Below are positions 44,216 through 53,009 of a stretch of DNA of 60,924 bases, piece after piece. Under the pieces are notes generated by a model that was given only the letters and a program-made list of their open reading frames with translations, was not told where the DNA came from and did no database searches. The stretch is from Candidatus Woesearchaeota archaeon (lineage in GTDB: Archaea; Nanobdellota; Nanobdellia; Pacearchaeales; GW2011-AR1): the NCBI GenBank assembly GCA_964437555.1, contig CAYTHI010000004.1, forward strand, positions 1-60,924, read 5' to 3'. The first letter of the stretch is position 1. Every line of letters starts with the position of its first letter. The position numbers and the translations under genes are program-made.

Positions 44216-44512
44216 ATGAATAAGATTTGGGGAGGTGTTTTGATTATTGCGTTGGTGTTGTTTGCATTGAAAGGAGCAAATAGCTTATCGCCCAAATTAG
44301 ACGTAAATAGGAATGACATTGCTTGGAATCACATATATCAGTGTGGGTCTTGTGGCACGGCACAGTGTCAACTTGCGGAGGAGGGTACGCCATGCGGGTC
44401 TGGAGATCCTCCGACTGGAGTATGTGCAATAAACTACGGGGAAACGTGCGATATTATTCAGCTTAATGCAACAACTCTTTTACATTTTATGAGATGTGAT
44501 TGTGCTATTTAA
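44216..44512 (+). CDS. Small secreted/anchored cysteine-rich protein
   Basis: 98 aa from ATG 44216. N-terminal hydrophobic signal/anchor (IWGGVLIIALVLFAL), then 8 Cys in about 60 residues, including CGSCGTAQC. Confidence 0.45.
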   Translation: MNKIWGGVLIIALVLFALKGANSLSPKLDVNRNDIAWNHIYQCGSCGTAQCQLAEEGTPCGSGDPPTGVCAINYGETCDIIQLNATTLLHFMRCDCAI

Positions 44513-44536
44513 TTACTCTTATTTTTCTTCTTCTTG

Positions 44537-45427
44537 ATGATAAAAATAAATTACCTTGGAAAATGCCTGCTGATTGAGCTTGATGGGAAAAATATTCTTG
44601 TAATCGGGGATTTGCATCTTGGATATAGCGAATCGCTTCGCGAATCAGGTGTATTTATACCAGGAGATTTGTATAAGGAGGTTATTGAAGAGCTGAATTT
44701 GATATTTGAACATATAAGTAAAATACAACATAATAGATTAAATAATTATCAAGATAATGAGGGGGGAAGCAATAGCAAGGGAAATATTAGAGGGATGGCT
44801 ATAGAGAGTAAGATGGCTGAGAAAAGCAGAGATGATAATGAATTAAATAGGACTAAGAATAATTATGGGAACGATGCTGGGATTGTTGATGAAATTATTC
44901 TTCTTGGAGATTTAAAGCATGAATTTGGAAAAATCATGAAAAGCGAGTGGGAAGAGGTTTTGGAGCTTATTGATTATTTATCTGAAAAGGTTGGGAAGAA
45001 TGGGAAAATTGTAATTGTGAAAGGAAATCACGACGTTTTTACTGAAAGCATTACTAAGAAGAAAGGAGTTGAGATTAAAGATTATTATGTTGCTAATGGA
45101 ATCGCTTTTGTGCATGGGGATAGAAAGTTAGAAGGGAGCTGGATTTATGACAAAAAAATAGAATATTGGATAATGGGACACGGGCATCCTGCTGTTCGCA
45201 TTAGCGATGGCGCGAAGGAAGAGAAATACAAATGTTTCCTTACTGGAAGATTTGCGGGAAAAGAAATTATTATTGTTCCGAGCTTTTTTTCTGTTAATGA
45301 AGGCACGGATGCTCGGGATTTTGAACTTGGATTGGCGTGGGATTTTGACTTGATGAATTTTAATGTGAAAGCTATTGGAGACGATCTGGAAGTTCTAAAT
45401 TTTGGAAAATTAAAAAGTGTAAAATAA
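44537..45427 (+). CDS. Calcineurin-like metallophosphoesterase (SbcD/Mre11-related, PdeM/MPE-like) with a low-complexity insert
   Basis: Motifs VIGDLHLG, GDLKHE, GNHD and GHGH in canonical order. An Asn/Gly/Lys-rich insert of about 60 aa lies between motifs I and II. Confidence 0.75.
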   Translation: MIKINYLGKCLLIELDGKNILVIGDLHLGYSESLRESGVFIPGDLYKEVIEELNLIFEHISKIQHNRLNNYQDNEGGSNSKGNIRGMAIESKMAEKSRDDNELNRTKNNYGNDAGIVDEIILLGDLKHEFGKIMKSEWEEVLELIDYLSEKVGKNGKIVIVKGNHDVFTESITKKKGVEIKDYYVANGIAFVHGDRKLEGSWIYDKKIEYWIMGHGHPAVRISDGAKEEKYKCFLTGRFAGKEIIIVPSFFSVNEGTDARDFELGLAWDFDLMNFNVKAIGDDLEVLNFGKLKSVK

Positions 45428-45432
45428 GTAAA

Positions 45433-45849
45433 CTACTCTTTCTTAGAAATTCTTGGCAAGCCGAAATGCGGCTGCAAATTGAGCTCTTCTTCGAGCTGAA
45501 GAGCCTTTATAGTAGATTTCTGAAGCACTAAATTTAAAAGAGAAAGATTCATTTCTGGAGGTATTTTTTTATCTTTCCAGCTTTTGAGAAGCTCGGCCAT
45601 TTGCTTTTTGTCTAATTTCAATACGAGAAAGCCGGTGAAAGAGATACTGGCCAGCTTAGGCTCGTATGATATTGTAGAACTAAAATGCACCCGAACAACA
45701 TCTTCGCTAAGAAGGTCAAATTTTTCCTTCTGAACATCTGAAAACTCAATATTTGTAGTTACTTTCTTTTCCTGAACAGACGGGCCTCTTTTAGGCATTT
45801 CAAACCTCTCTGCAGAAATTTTTGTAAAATTAAATCCTATGATTTGCAT
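45433..45849 (-). CDS. Hypothetical protein (138 aa)
   Basis: Clean ORF, beta-rich composition, no motif recognised. Confidence 0.35.
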   Translation of the reverse strand: MQIIGFNFTKISAERFEMPKRGPSVQEKKVTTNIEFSDVQKEKFDLLSEDVVRVHFSSTISYEPKLASISFTGFLVLKLDKKQMAELLKSWKDKKIPPEMNLSLLNLVLQKSTIKALQLEEELNLQPHFGLPRISKKE

Positions 45850-45891
45850 GCTTGTTTTTATTTACGCTGGTTTTTAAAGATTGCTATGAAA

Positions 45892-46152
45892 TCACAAGAG
45901 ATCTTCTTCAGAAACTACAACAAAGTCGCCTATTGCTATAATTGCATTGTAAGGCAATACAAATTCTTTTTCAGAATTAACTTCTAAGTTCAGGCTTTTT
46001 GCATGAATTGTTGGGTCTTTTAAGAGTAATTGAAGCAATTCTCCTGTTCTCGTTTCAAATGTGACGTCCTTAACGCTTCCTATTCGTTTGCCTTCTTTTG
46101 TTACAACAAGCCTGCCTACAATATCTCTAAGAGGCTTTTTGTCTAATCCCAT
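45892..46152 (-). CDS. PRC-barrel domain protein
   Basis: 86 aa. VGRLVVTKEGKRIGSVKDVTFETRTGELLQLLL is the typical PRC-barrel core. Confidence 0.7.
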   Translation of the reverse strand: MGLDKKPLRDIVGRLVVTKEGKRIGSVKDVTFETRTGELLQLLLKDPTIHAKSLNLEVNSEKEFVLPYNAIIAIGDFVVVSEEDLL

Positions 46153-46199
46153 ATATCAGACAGAAAGAATCTATATATAAAGATTTTGTTAGTGAAAAA

Positions 46200-46560
46200 T
46201 GAGAGATTGAAACAAGTCAATTCAAAAGGAAGAGAACCCCTCCCCCCTTCATTTCCTGTGGAAAAAAGAGAAGGGTTTATAAATAAATTGTATTTTTTAT
46301 TTTTTTCATTTTTCTTTTTAAATTTATATATTTTATAATATATATAATGTAATAAATAGATTTTAAATAGAAAACTTATATATCATGAATGAAAAACGAA
46401 AGAGAAGTGCTTGTTTTTAGAGTTTCATCGGAAATGAAGGTGTGAGTCTTGTTTTTACTTTAAAATTACTCTTTAAAGTACGCCGACGATAATTTCTTTT
46501 TTTGTTATTCTTTCCATAAGAAATACAGGTTGAAGTAGCGATAACTTTATAATCAATAGG
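46200..46560. other. Candidate chromosomal replication origin (oriC): inverted ORB elements flanking an AT-rich DUE
   Basis: ORB1 46235-46264 reads TTTCCACAGGAAATGAAGGGGGGAGGGG on the minus strand: a dyad TTTCC-N3-GGAAA plus a G-string. ORB2 46424-46447 (TTTCATCGGAAATGAAGGTGTG) is in inverted orientation. Between them is a stretch of over 100 bp that is almost pure A/T (about 46277-46380). Directly upstream of orc1/cdc6. Confidence 0.7.
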
Positions 46561-46596
46561 GTTCTTTTCTGGCAGAGGTAAAAATGGAGGTAAAAA

Positions 46597-47805
46597 ATGT
46601 CTCAGAAAATTGACAAAATTTTTGATTCTTTTATCAGAAATAATTTATTTAAGAGCAAAGCAGTCCTGCAGATAAATTACACTCCTGAAATTATTGCACA
46701 CAGGGACGAGCAGACAAGCGCTGTTGCTTCTGTACTCGCCCCCGCGCTGAGAAACGAAAGGATAAGCAACCTTTTTGTTTACGGAAAAACAGGCACAGGC
46801 AAAACCCTGAGTGTTCAATATGTGGGAAATGAAATATTAAAGAGGGCAAAAGATAGGGGCGAGGATTTTGTTAATGTCATTTATGTCAATTGCAAGCTAA
46901 AGAAAGTAGCAGATACAGAATATAGAATTCTTGCTGAAATCATTAATCGCCTTGGCGGAAATGTCCCTTCAACAGGCCTGCCCACAGACGTAGTTTATAA
47001 TAAATTTGTTTCTTTAATTGATAATAAAAGACAAATAGTTATTTTGATATTGGATGAAATTGACCAGGCAGTAAAAAAGATTTCTGATAATTTTCTTTAT
47101 ACTCTTACAAGACTGAATTCTGATTTGAAAAATGCGCAAATAGGGATTATAGGCATAAGCAACAGCTTAACATTTATGGATAATTTAGATCCAAGAGTGA
47201 GAAGCTCTCTCGGCGAAGAGGAATTGGTTTTTTCTCCCTACAATGCTTTGCAATTGCAGGATATTCTGAAACAGAGGGCAGACCAGGCTTTTGTTGAGGG
47301 AGTTTTAGAAGAAGGAGTTATTGCCAAGTGTGCGGCTTACGCCGCAAGGGAGCACGGAGATGCCAGAAGAGCTTTAGATTTATTAAGAGTGGCGGGCGAG
47401 CTCGCGGAAAGGGAAGGCAGTAAAAGAGTGAGTCTTACTCATATAGATGCCGCAAACAACAAAATTGAGAGGGATAAAATGCTGGACATCATTCAGAATG
47501 AGCCGAGGCAATTTCAGCTTGTTTTAAATGCTATTATAGACCTTACAGAGGATAAAAAGTTTGACAGAATTTTTACAGGAAATATTTATAATAAATACCA
47601 GGAAGTATGCACAAAAACAAAAAACGAAATTCTTACACAGAGGAGAGTTTCTGATATAATCGCAGAGTTTGACATGCTTGGCATAATCAATGCAGATGTT
47701 ATCAGCAAGGGAAGGCAGGGGAGAACAAGAGTAATAAAGCTGATGCTGACGGAAGGCCTGAGGGAAAAAGCAAGAGAGATACTTAATGAAAGCCTGAATT
47801 TATAA
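46597..47805 (+). CDS. cdc6: Orc1/Cdc6 replication initiator
   Basis: Walker A YGKTGTGKT, Walker B ILDEID, sensor and C-terminal winged-helix regions. 402 aa. Confidence 0.92.
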   Translation: MSQKIDKIFDSFIRNNLFKSKAVLQINYTPEIIAHRDEQTSAVASVLAPALRNERISNLFVYGKTGTGKTLSVQYVGNEILKRAKDRGEDFVNVIYVNCKLKKVADTEYRILAEIINRLGGNVPSTGLPTDVVYNKFVSLIDNKRQIVILILDEIDQAVKKISDNFLYTLTRLNSDLKNAQIGIIGISNSLTFMDNLDPRVRSSLGEEELVFSPYNALQLQDILKQRADQAFVEGVLEEGVIAKCAAYAAREHGDARRALDLLRVAGELAEREGSKRVSLTHIDAANNKIERDKMLDIIQNEPRQFQLVLNAIIDLTEDKKFDRIFTGNIYNKYQEVCTKTKNEILTQRRVSDIIAEFDMLGIINADVISKGRQGRTRVIKLMLTEGLREKAREILNESLNL

Positions 47806-47807
47806 AA

Positions 47808-49361
47808 ATGAAAGAAGACATAATCAGTCTTGTAAGGGAAAAAAAGCTTTTGCTTGAAAAGCAGCTATTTGATGTATTGAATAATTTCGAGGATGTTGAG
47901 CTCGCCAAGACTTTTTTAGACAGCTTAGAGAAAGCCAGCGGGCAGAAAGTTATTACCCTTTCCAATTTGAGCAAGAATTTTTCATATGTTCAAAAAGTTG
48001 TTGATGGCTTAAATGGAGAGGCAAAAGAAAATGTTGAAAGGCTTTTTATTAAGTTTGGGTTGACTGTAGAGATAGAAAGAGAGGTTAGAAAATCTGAAAA
48101 TGAAGGCATAGCGAAAAAAAAAGAAGAAAAATACAAAATTTTTTATGCAGACAACGGAAAAGGAAAGAAGATAGAAGTGAAGGATTTTGTAGGGCATTTT
48201 AGAGCCAGATATCAGGCGATTCAAAGAATTTTGATGCAGAGGCCTGAAATGCAGAATCTGGTTTCCATTAACAAACTTGGCTCTAACAGGGAGAGCGTTA
48301 TGATTATAGGCATTGTCAGCGACAAGCAAATTACTAAAAATAATAACATTATTCTTACTCTTGAGGACCTGACAGGAAGCGTCAAAGCTTTAGTAAAGCA
48401 AGGCAGCGAATGTTACAAGGAAGCCAAGGAGCTTCAGCCCGATGACGTAGCCGCATTCAAGGCTTCCGGAAACAAGGAAATAATTTTTGTTTATAATGTT
48501 ATTTATCCAGACTCTTTTGTTGAAAAAACTAAATTTGACGAGGATATGTGTGTTGCGTTTCTTTCAGACATACATGCCGGGAGCATGAAACATCTTGGAG
48601 CGGAGCTGCAGAGGTTTTTTGACTGGCTGAAAGAAGGAGGAAAGATTGCAAGCAAGATAAAATATCTTTTTTTTGTTGGAGACAATATTGACGGCGTAGG
48701 AGTTTTTCCAGGCCAGGAGAAATTTCTGAGCCTGAAGAGTGCAAAAGAACAATATTCTCTTCTTGCGAGCTATCTTGAGCAGGTTCCCAAAGAGATTACA
48801 ATGTTTATGTGCCCTGGGCAGCACGATGCAGTCAGAGTACCTGAGCCGCAGCCAATAATTGGAAAAGATTATGCGGAAGCTTTGTATAGTATTCCTAATT
48901 TGGTTCTTGTTTCCAATCCTTCTGTGATAAAACTTGTTGAAGGAGATAAAGAGCTTAAAGTGTTAATGTATCATGGAGCAAGCATACACGCGTTTATCAA
49001 TGAAATAGAAGAATTGAGGCTGATGAAAGCCCACAAATGCCCTGCCAAGGCAGTTAAGCACATGCTCAAAAGAAGACATCTTGCCTCAAGCCACGGAGTC
49101 AGCGCAAGCATAGTTTATGTTCCAAATGGAGAATATGACCCTTTAGTCATAACCGAATCTCCGGATATTCTTTGTACAGGGGAAGTTCACAGGCTGGACG
49201 TTGAAACTTATAATGGGACATTAATTATAACCGGCAGCTGCTGGCAGTCGCAAACCGACTTTGAGGAAAAGATAGGAAACATACCTGACCCATGCAAAGT
49301 GCCTATCTTGAATTTAAAAACAAGGGAGCTGAAAATTTTGGACTTTTCAGGAGGAAAATGA
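47808..49361 (+). CDS. DNA polymerase II (PolD) small subunit DP1
   Basis: Calcineurin-like exonuclease motifs FLSDIHAGS, VGDNIDG, PGQHD and YHGAS. 517 aa, followed by DP2 with an ATGA overlap. Confidence 0.9.
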   Translation: MKEDIISLVREKKLLLEKQLFDVLNNFEDVELAKTFLDSLEKASGQKVITLSNLSKNFSYVQKVVDGLNGEAKENVERLFIKFGLTVEIEREVRKSENEGIAKKKEEKYKIFYADNGKGKKIEVKDFVGHFRARYQAIQRILMQRPEMQNLVSINKLGSNRESVMIIGIVSDKQITKNNNIILTLEDLTGSVKALVKQGSECYKEAKELQPDDVAAFKASGNKEIIFVYNVIYPDSFVEKTKFDEDMCVAFLSDIHAGSMKHLGAELQRFFDWLKEGGKIASKIKYLFFVGDNIDGVGVFPGQEKFLSLKSAKEQYSLLASYLEQVPKEITMFMCPGQHDAVRVPEPQPIIGKDYAEALYSIPNLVLVSNPSVIKLVEGDKELKVLMYHGASIHAFINEIEELRLMKAHKCPAKAVKHMLKRRHLASSHGVSASIVYVPNGEYDPLVITESPDILCTGEVHRLDVETYNGTLIITGSCWQSQTDFEEKIGNIPDPCKVPILNLKTRELKILDFSGGK

Positions 49362-52300
49362 ATATCCAGCAATATTTTGAGAAGTTGTCAGAAGAAGTCA
49401 ATTTGAATTACGGGGCCGCGGAGGAAGCAAGAAGCAAAGGGCTTGATCCTGTCTCAAAAGTTGAGGTTCCCATTGCAACCTCTTTAGCAGAGAGAGTAAT
49501 AGGACTTGTCTCTGTTCTGTATCCGCAAGTAGAGAATTCCGGAATCACGGGAAGAATAGCGGAATTGGAAAAAGAATACGGGCCTTTAGATCCCGCAATC
49601 GGATTAAAGATAGCAGAGGAAATCGCCAAGGAAAAATTCTGCAAGTTCTCCAGCCATTTAGAAGCAATGGAGGCAGGAATCAGAGTGGCAATGGGGTATC
49701 TTACTTTAGGTTATGTTTCTTCTCCCATTGAGGGATTTATTCAGCTAAAAATTAAAAAAACTCTGAAGGGAGAAGATTATTTTGCTCCGTATTATTCCGG
49801 GCCGATAAGGTCTGCAGGAGGAACAGAAGCAGCGTTTTCTCTCGTTGTAGTTGATTATCTAAGAGAAATATTCGGATATGCAGTATATGATCCGACAGAG
49901 GAAGAAATCAAGAGAGGAATCCATGAGTGCTATGAATATCACGAAAGAATTAACAATCTTCAGTATCTGCCATCTGAAATTGAACTTGATTTTTTAATGA
50001 GAAATCTTCCGATTCAGGTTTCCGGAGACCCGAGCGAGGACAGAGAGGTTTATAATTATAAGGATGTGCCGAGAGTAGAAACTAATTTTATCCGAAGCGG
50101 ATTTGCTTTAGTCATGGGAGAAGGATTTGCACAAAAAGCCCCCAAAATATTAAAGAGAGTTAATGCACTAAAGGGAAAAGGATTCAAACTTACAGGATGG
50201 ATGTGGCTTGAAGAATTTGTAAAGCTCCAGAAAAAAATAAAGGATAGCAAATCCACAGGAAGCACAGGGGGGGCAACTTATATTCAGGATATTGTTGCAG
50301 GGAGGCCTGTTTTTGGGCATCCTTCAAAATCCGGAGGATTTAGGCTGAGATATGGAAGATGCAGGAATACGGGCTATTCAACACTTGCCATACATCCTGC
50401 GAGCATGGCGATTACTGGAAATTTTATAGCTGTTGGAACCCAGCTAAAGACAGAAAAGCCAACAAAGGGATGCACTATCGCTTCATGTGACAGCATAGAC
50501 GGACCGATTGTTTTAATGAAAGACGGGAGTGTTAAAAAAGTGAATTCTTTTGAGGAAGGGAAAGAATGCTATGCCAATGTGAAAAAGATTATTTATTTAG
50601 GGGACCTTCTTGTTCCCTATGGAGATTTTATCAACAGAAACCATTCGCTTGAAAAACCGGGATATGTGGAGCAATTCTGGCTGCAGCAGGCAAGAAAAGC
50701 ATATCCAGAGGCTTCTTTATACCCTTCTTTTGAGGAAGCCATAGAACTTTCTTCAGTTCATAATATTTCTTTGCATCCCTCTTTTATTTATTTTTGGAGA
50801 GAAATTGAAATTGAATATTTTTATTCTTTAATTGACTGGATTTCACACGGAGAAATAAAGAATAAATGCTTGGTTTTACCTTATTTGAGAACAGACAAAG
50901 AAAGGTTTGCAAAAGGAAAGGAAGCATTGGAAACAATAGGGTGCGAGCATAAGGTTGTAATTGAAAACGTTGTTCTTTCAGAGAAAGACACGAAATCTTT
51001 GCTTTATAATCTTGGAGCAGATATAACTACGGAGAAGCTGGAGGAAGGAATAGAAAAAATTAATAGAATTATTTCTAAAAGTAAAGATATTGATAATGCT
51101 CTTGAGCTTGTTAATAAGATGTGCAAAGCCAAAGTAGAAGATAAATCAGGAACTTTTATCGGCGCCAGAATGGGCAGGCCTGAAAAAGCCAAGCTTAGAA
51201 AACTGACAGGGAGCCCGCACGTTTTGTTTCCAGTTGGCGACGAAGGGGGAAGATTAAGAAGCGTTCAGGCGGCTGTTGAAAAAGGAGTTGTTAAGGCAGG
51301 TTTTTCTTTATTTTATTGTGATGCCTGCTTAAAGGAAGGAATTTATCCAAAATGTGAGGTCTGTGGAAATCAAAATAGGAAAGTCAGCCATAAGATGCAA
51401 TCTGATTACAATAAAGATTTTTCCAGAGAGGCAGAATATAAGGAAATGAATCTGGATATAAAGCACTATTTTGACAATGCAAAGAAAAAGACAGGGCTAA
51501 GAACAGAAGACCTTCCTGTTGTTGTGAAAGGAGTCAGAGGAACATCCAATAAAGACCATAGCTGTGAATTTTTAGGAAAAGGATTTCTAAGAGCAAGATA
51601 TAATCTGCATGTTAATAAGGATGGGACTATAAGATATGACATGACTGAAATGCCAATCACCCACTTCAGACCTGCAGAGATAGGGACAAGCGTTGGCAAG
51701 CTGAAGGAAATGGGATATGAGAAAGATGCCTATGGAAAAGAGCTGGAAAAAGAAGACCAATTATTAGAAATTTTTCCGCATGATATAATATTGCCTGCGT
51801 GCCCTGAAACACCGGATGAGAAGGCAGATGATGTTTTTGTAAATGTGTCAAAGTTTATAGATGATGAGTTTGAAAAGCTGTATGAAATCGAAAAGTTTTT
51901 TAATATTCAGAAAAAAGATGAGTTAATAGGAGCTCTGTTCGGATGCATGTCTCCTCATACTTCTGTCGCGGCTGTGGGAAGACTAATTGGGTTCTCAAAA
52001 GTGCAGGCGCTTCTTTCTTCTCCTTATTTGCATGCAGCGATGAGAAGAGATTGTGACGGCGATGAAGCAGCAGTTATGCTTTTGATGGACCTGCTTGTTA
52101 ATTTTTCCAGAAAATTTATTCCTTCTCACAGGGGGGGAACGCAGGATGCTCCTTTAGTACTTAATATCAGAATAAGAGCAAATGAAGTAGATGACATGAT
52201 ATTTGATCTTGATGTTTCAAAGGAAATTCCGCTGGAACTGTATGAAGCAGCCAAGGAGAAAAAGCATCCTTCAGAGGTTAAGATAGAAAGAGTAAAGAAC

Positions 52301-52807
52301 AGATTGGGAGGAAACAGAGAGTTTACAGACCTGTGGTTTTCTTATGATACTTCAAATATTAATTCAGGAGCATTGTGTTCAAGTTATAAAACGCTTCCCA
52401 CAATGAGCGAGAAAGTGGATGCCATGATGAACTTGTGCAGTAAAATAAGAGCAGTAGATGTCAGAGATGCTGCCCGCCTCATCATTGAGAGGCATTTTAT
52501 CAGGGATATAAGAGGTAATTTCAGAAAATTCTCAATGCAGGTATTCAGATGTGTGAGCTGCAATTCTAAATTCAGGAGGCCGCCATTGATAGGAAAATGC
52601 AGCAATTGCGGAGGAAGAATCATATTTACAATTTCCGAAGGAAGCATTATAAAGTATCTGGAAAAGGCACTGTTTCTCGCAAGGAATTATGAAGTGAGCA
52701 ATTATCTTATTGAATGCCTTGAATTAGTTGAGAAAGACATTCAGGGCATGTTCGGCAAGGAAAGCGAGAAGCAGGAAGCTCTCGGAAAGTGGTTTAATAG
52801 GAAATGA
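49358..52807 (+). CDS. DNA polymerase II (PolD) large subunit DP2
   Basis: About 1150 aa with Zn-finger clusters (CDACLKEGIYPKCEVCG; CVSCNSKF...CSNCGG) and the catalytic-region RRDCDGDE motif. ATG 49358 (ATGA overlap with DP1) is preferred over the ORF-track start 49292. No intein-sized insertion. Confidence 0.92.
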   Translation: MNIQQYFEKLSEEVNLNYGAAEEARSKGLDPVSKVEVPIATSLAERVIGLVSVLYPQVENSGITGRIAELEKEYGPLDPAIGLKIAEEIAKEKFCKFSSHLEAMEAGIRVAMGYLTLGYVSSPIEGFIQLKIKKTLKGEDYFAPYYSGPIRSAGGTEAAFSLVVVDYLREIFGYAVYDPTEEEIKRGIHECYEYHERINNLQYLPSEIELDFLMRNLPIQVSGDPSEDREVYNYKDVPRVETNFIRSGFALVMGEGFAQKAPKILKRVNALKGKGFKLTGWMWLEEFVKLQKKIKDSKSTGSTGGATYIQDIVAGRPVFGHPSKSGGFRLRYGRCRNTGYSTLAIHPASMAITGNFIAVGTQLKTEKPTKGCTIASCDSIDGPIVLMKDGSVKKVNSFEEGKECYANVKKIIYLGDLLVPYGDFINRNHSLEKPGYVEQFWLQQARKAYPEASLYPSFEEAIELSSVHNISLHPSFIYFWREIEIEYFYSLIDWISHGEIKNKCLVLPYLRTDKERFAKGKEALETIGCEHKVVIENVVLSEKDTKSLLYNLGADITTEKLEEGIEKINRIISKSKDIDNALELVNKMCKAKVEDKSGTFIGARMGRPEKAKLRKLTGSPHVLFPVGDEGGRLRSVQAAVEKGVVKAGFSLFYCDACLKEGIYPKCEVCGNQNRKVSHKMQSDYNKDFSREAEYKEMNLDIKHYFDNAKKKTGLRTEDLPVVVKGVRGTSNKDHSCEFLGKGFLRARYNLHVNKDGTIRYDMTEMPITHFRPAEIGTSVGKLKEMGYEKDAYGKELEKEDQLLEIFPHDIILPACPETPDEKADDVFVNVSKFIDDEFEKLYEIEKFFNIQKKDELIGALFGCMSPHTSVAAVGRLIGFSKVQALLSSPYLHAAMRRDCDGDEAAVMLLMDLLVNFSRKFIPSHRGGTQDAPLVLNIRIRANEVDDMIFDLDVSKEIPLELYEAAKEKKHPSEVKIERVKNRLGGNREFTDLWFSYDTSNINSGALCSSYKTLPTMSEKVDAMMNLCSKIRAVDVRDAARLIIERHFIRDIRGNFRKFSMQVFRCVSCNSKFRRPPLIGKCSNCGGRIIFTISEGSIIKYLEKALFLARNYEVSNYLIECLELVEKDIQGMFGKESEKQEALGKWFNRK

Positions 52808-53009
52808 TTTCATTAAGAGAATATTTGCAAAATTCTATTTTTGAATGTTATAAATAATAAGATAATTAGGGAAATGGGTTTTATGATAAATATTTATAAG
52901 GCTTATTCTATTTATATTTGAAATATTAATAATCCTGATAGCCTCTTTTATAATTTTGATTCTTTTTTTATATTTTCTTATAGGCAGTTTCACATCTTTT
53001 AGTCTTTAA

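Noticed and set aside
49292-49357. N-terminal 22-codon extension of the PolD large subunit in the ORF track (also 24417-24488 for rpoD, 9492-9536, 13428-13478)
   Set aside because: The extensions overlap the upstream gene or start at TTG and encode non-conserved residues. Downstream ATGs give family-typical N-termini and classic ATGA or short overlaps.
49358-52807. Possible intein in PolD DP2
   Set aside because: The length (about 1150 aa) is at the intein-free size, and I saw no Hint/endonuclease-like block interrupting the conserved regions.
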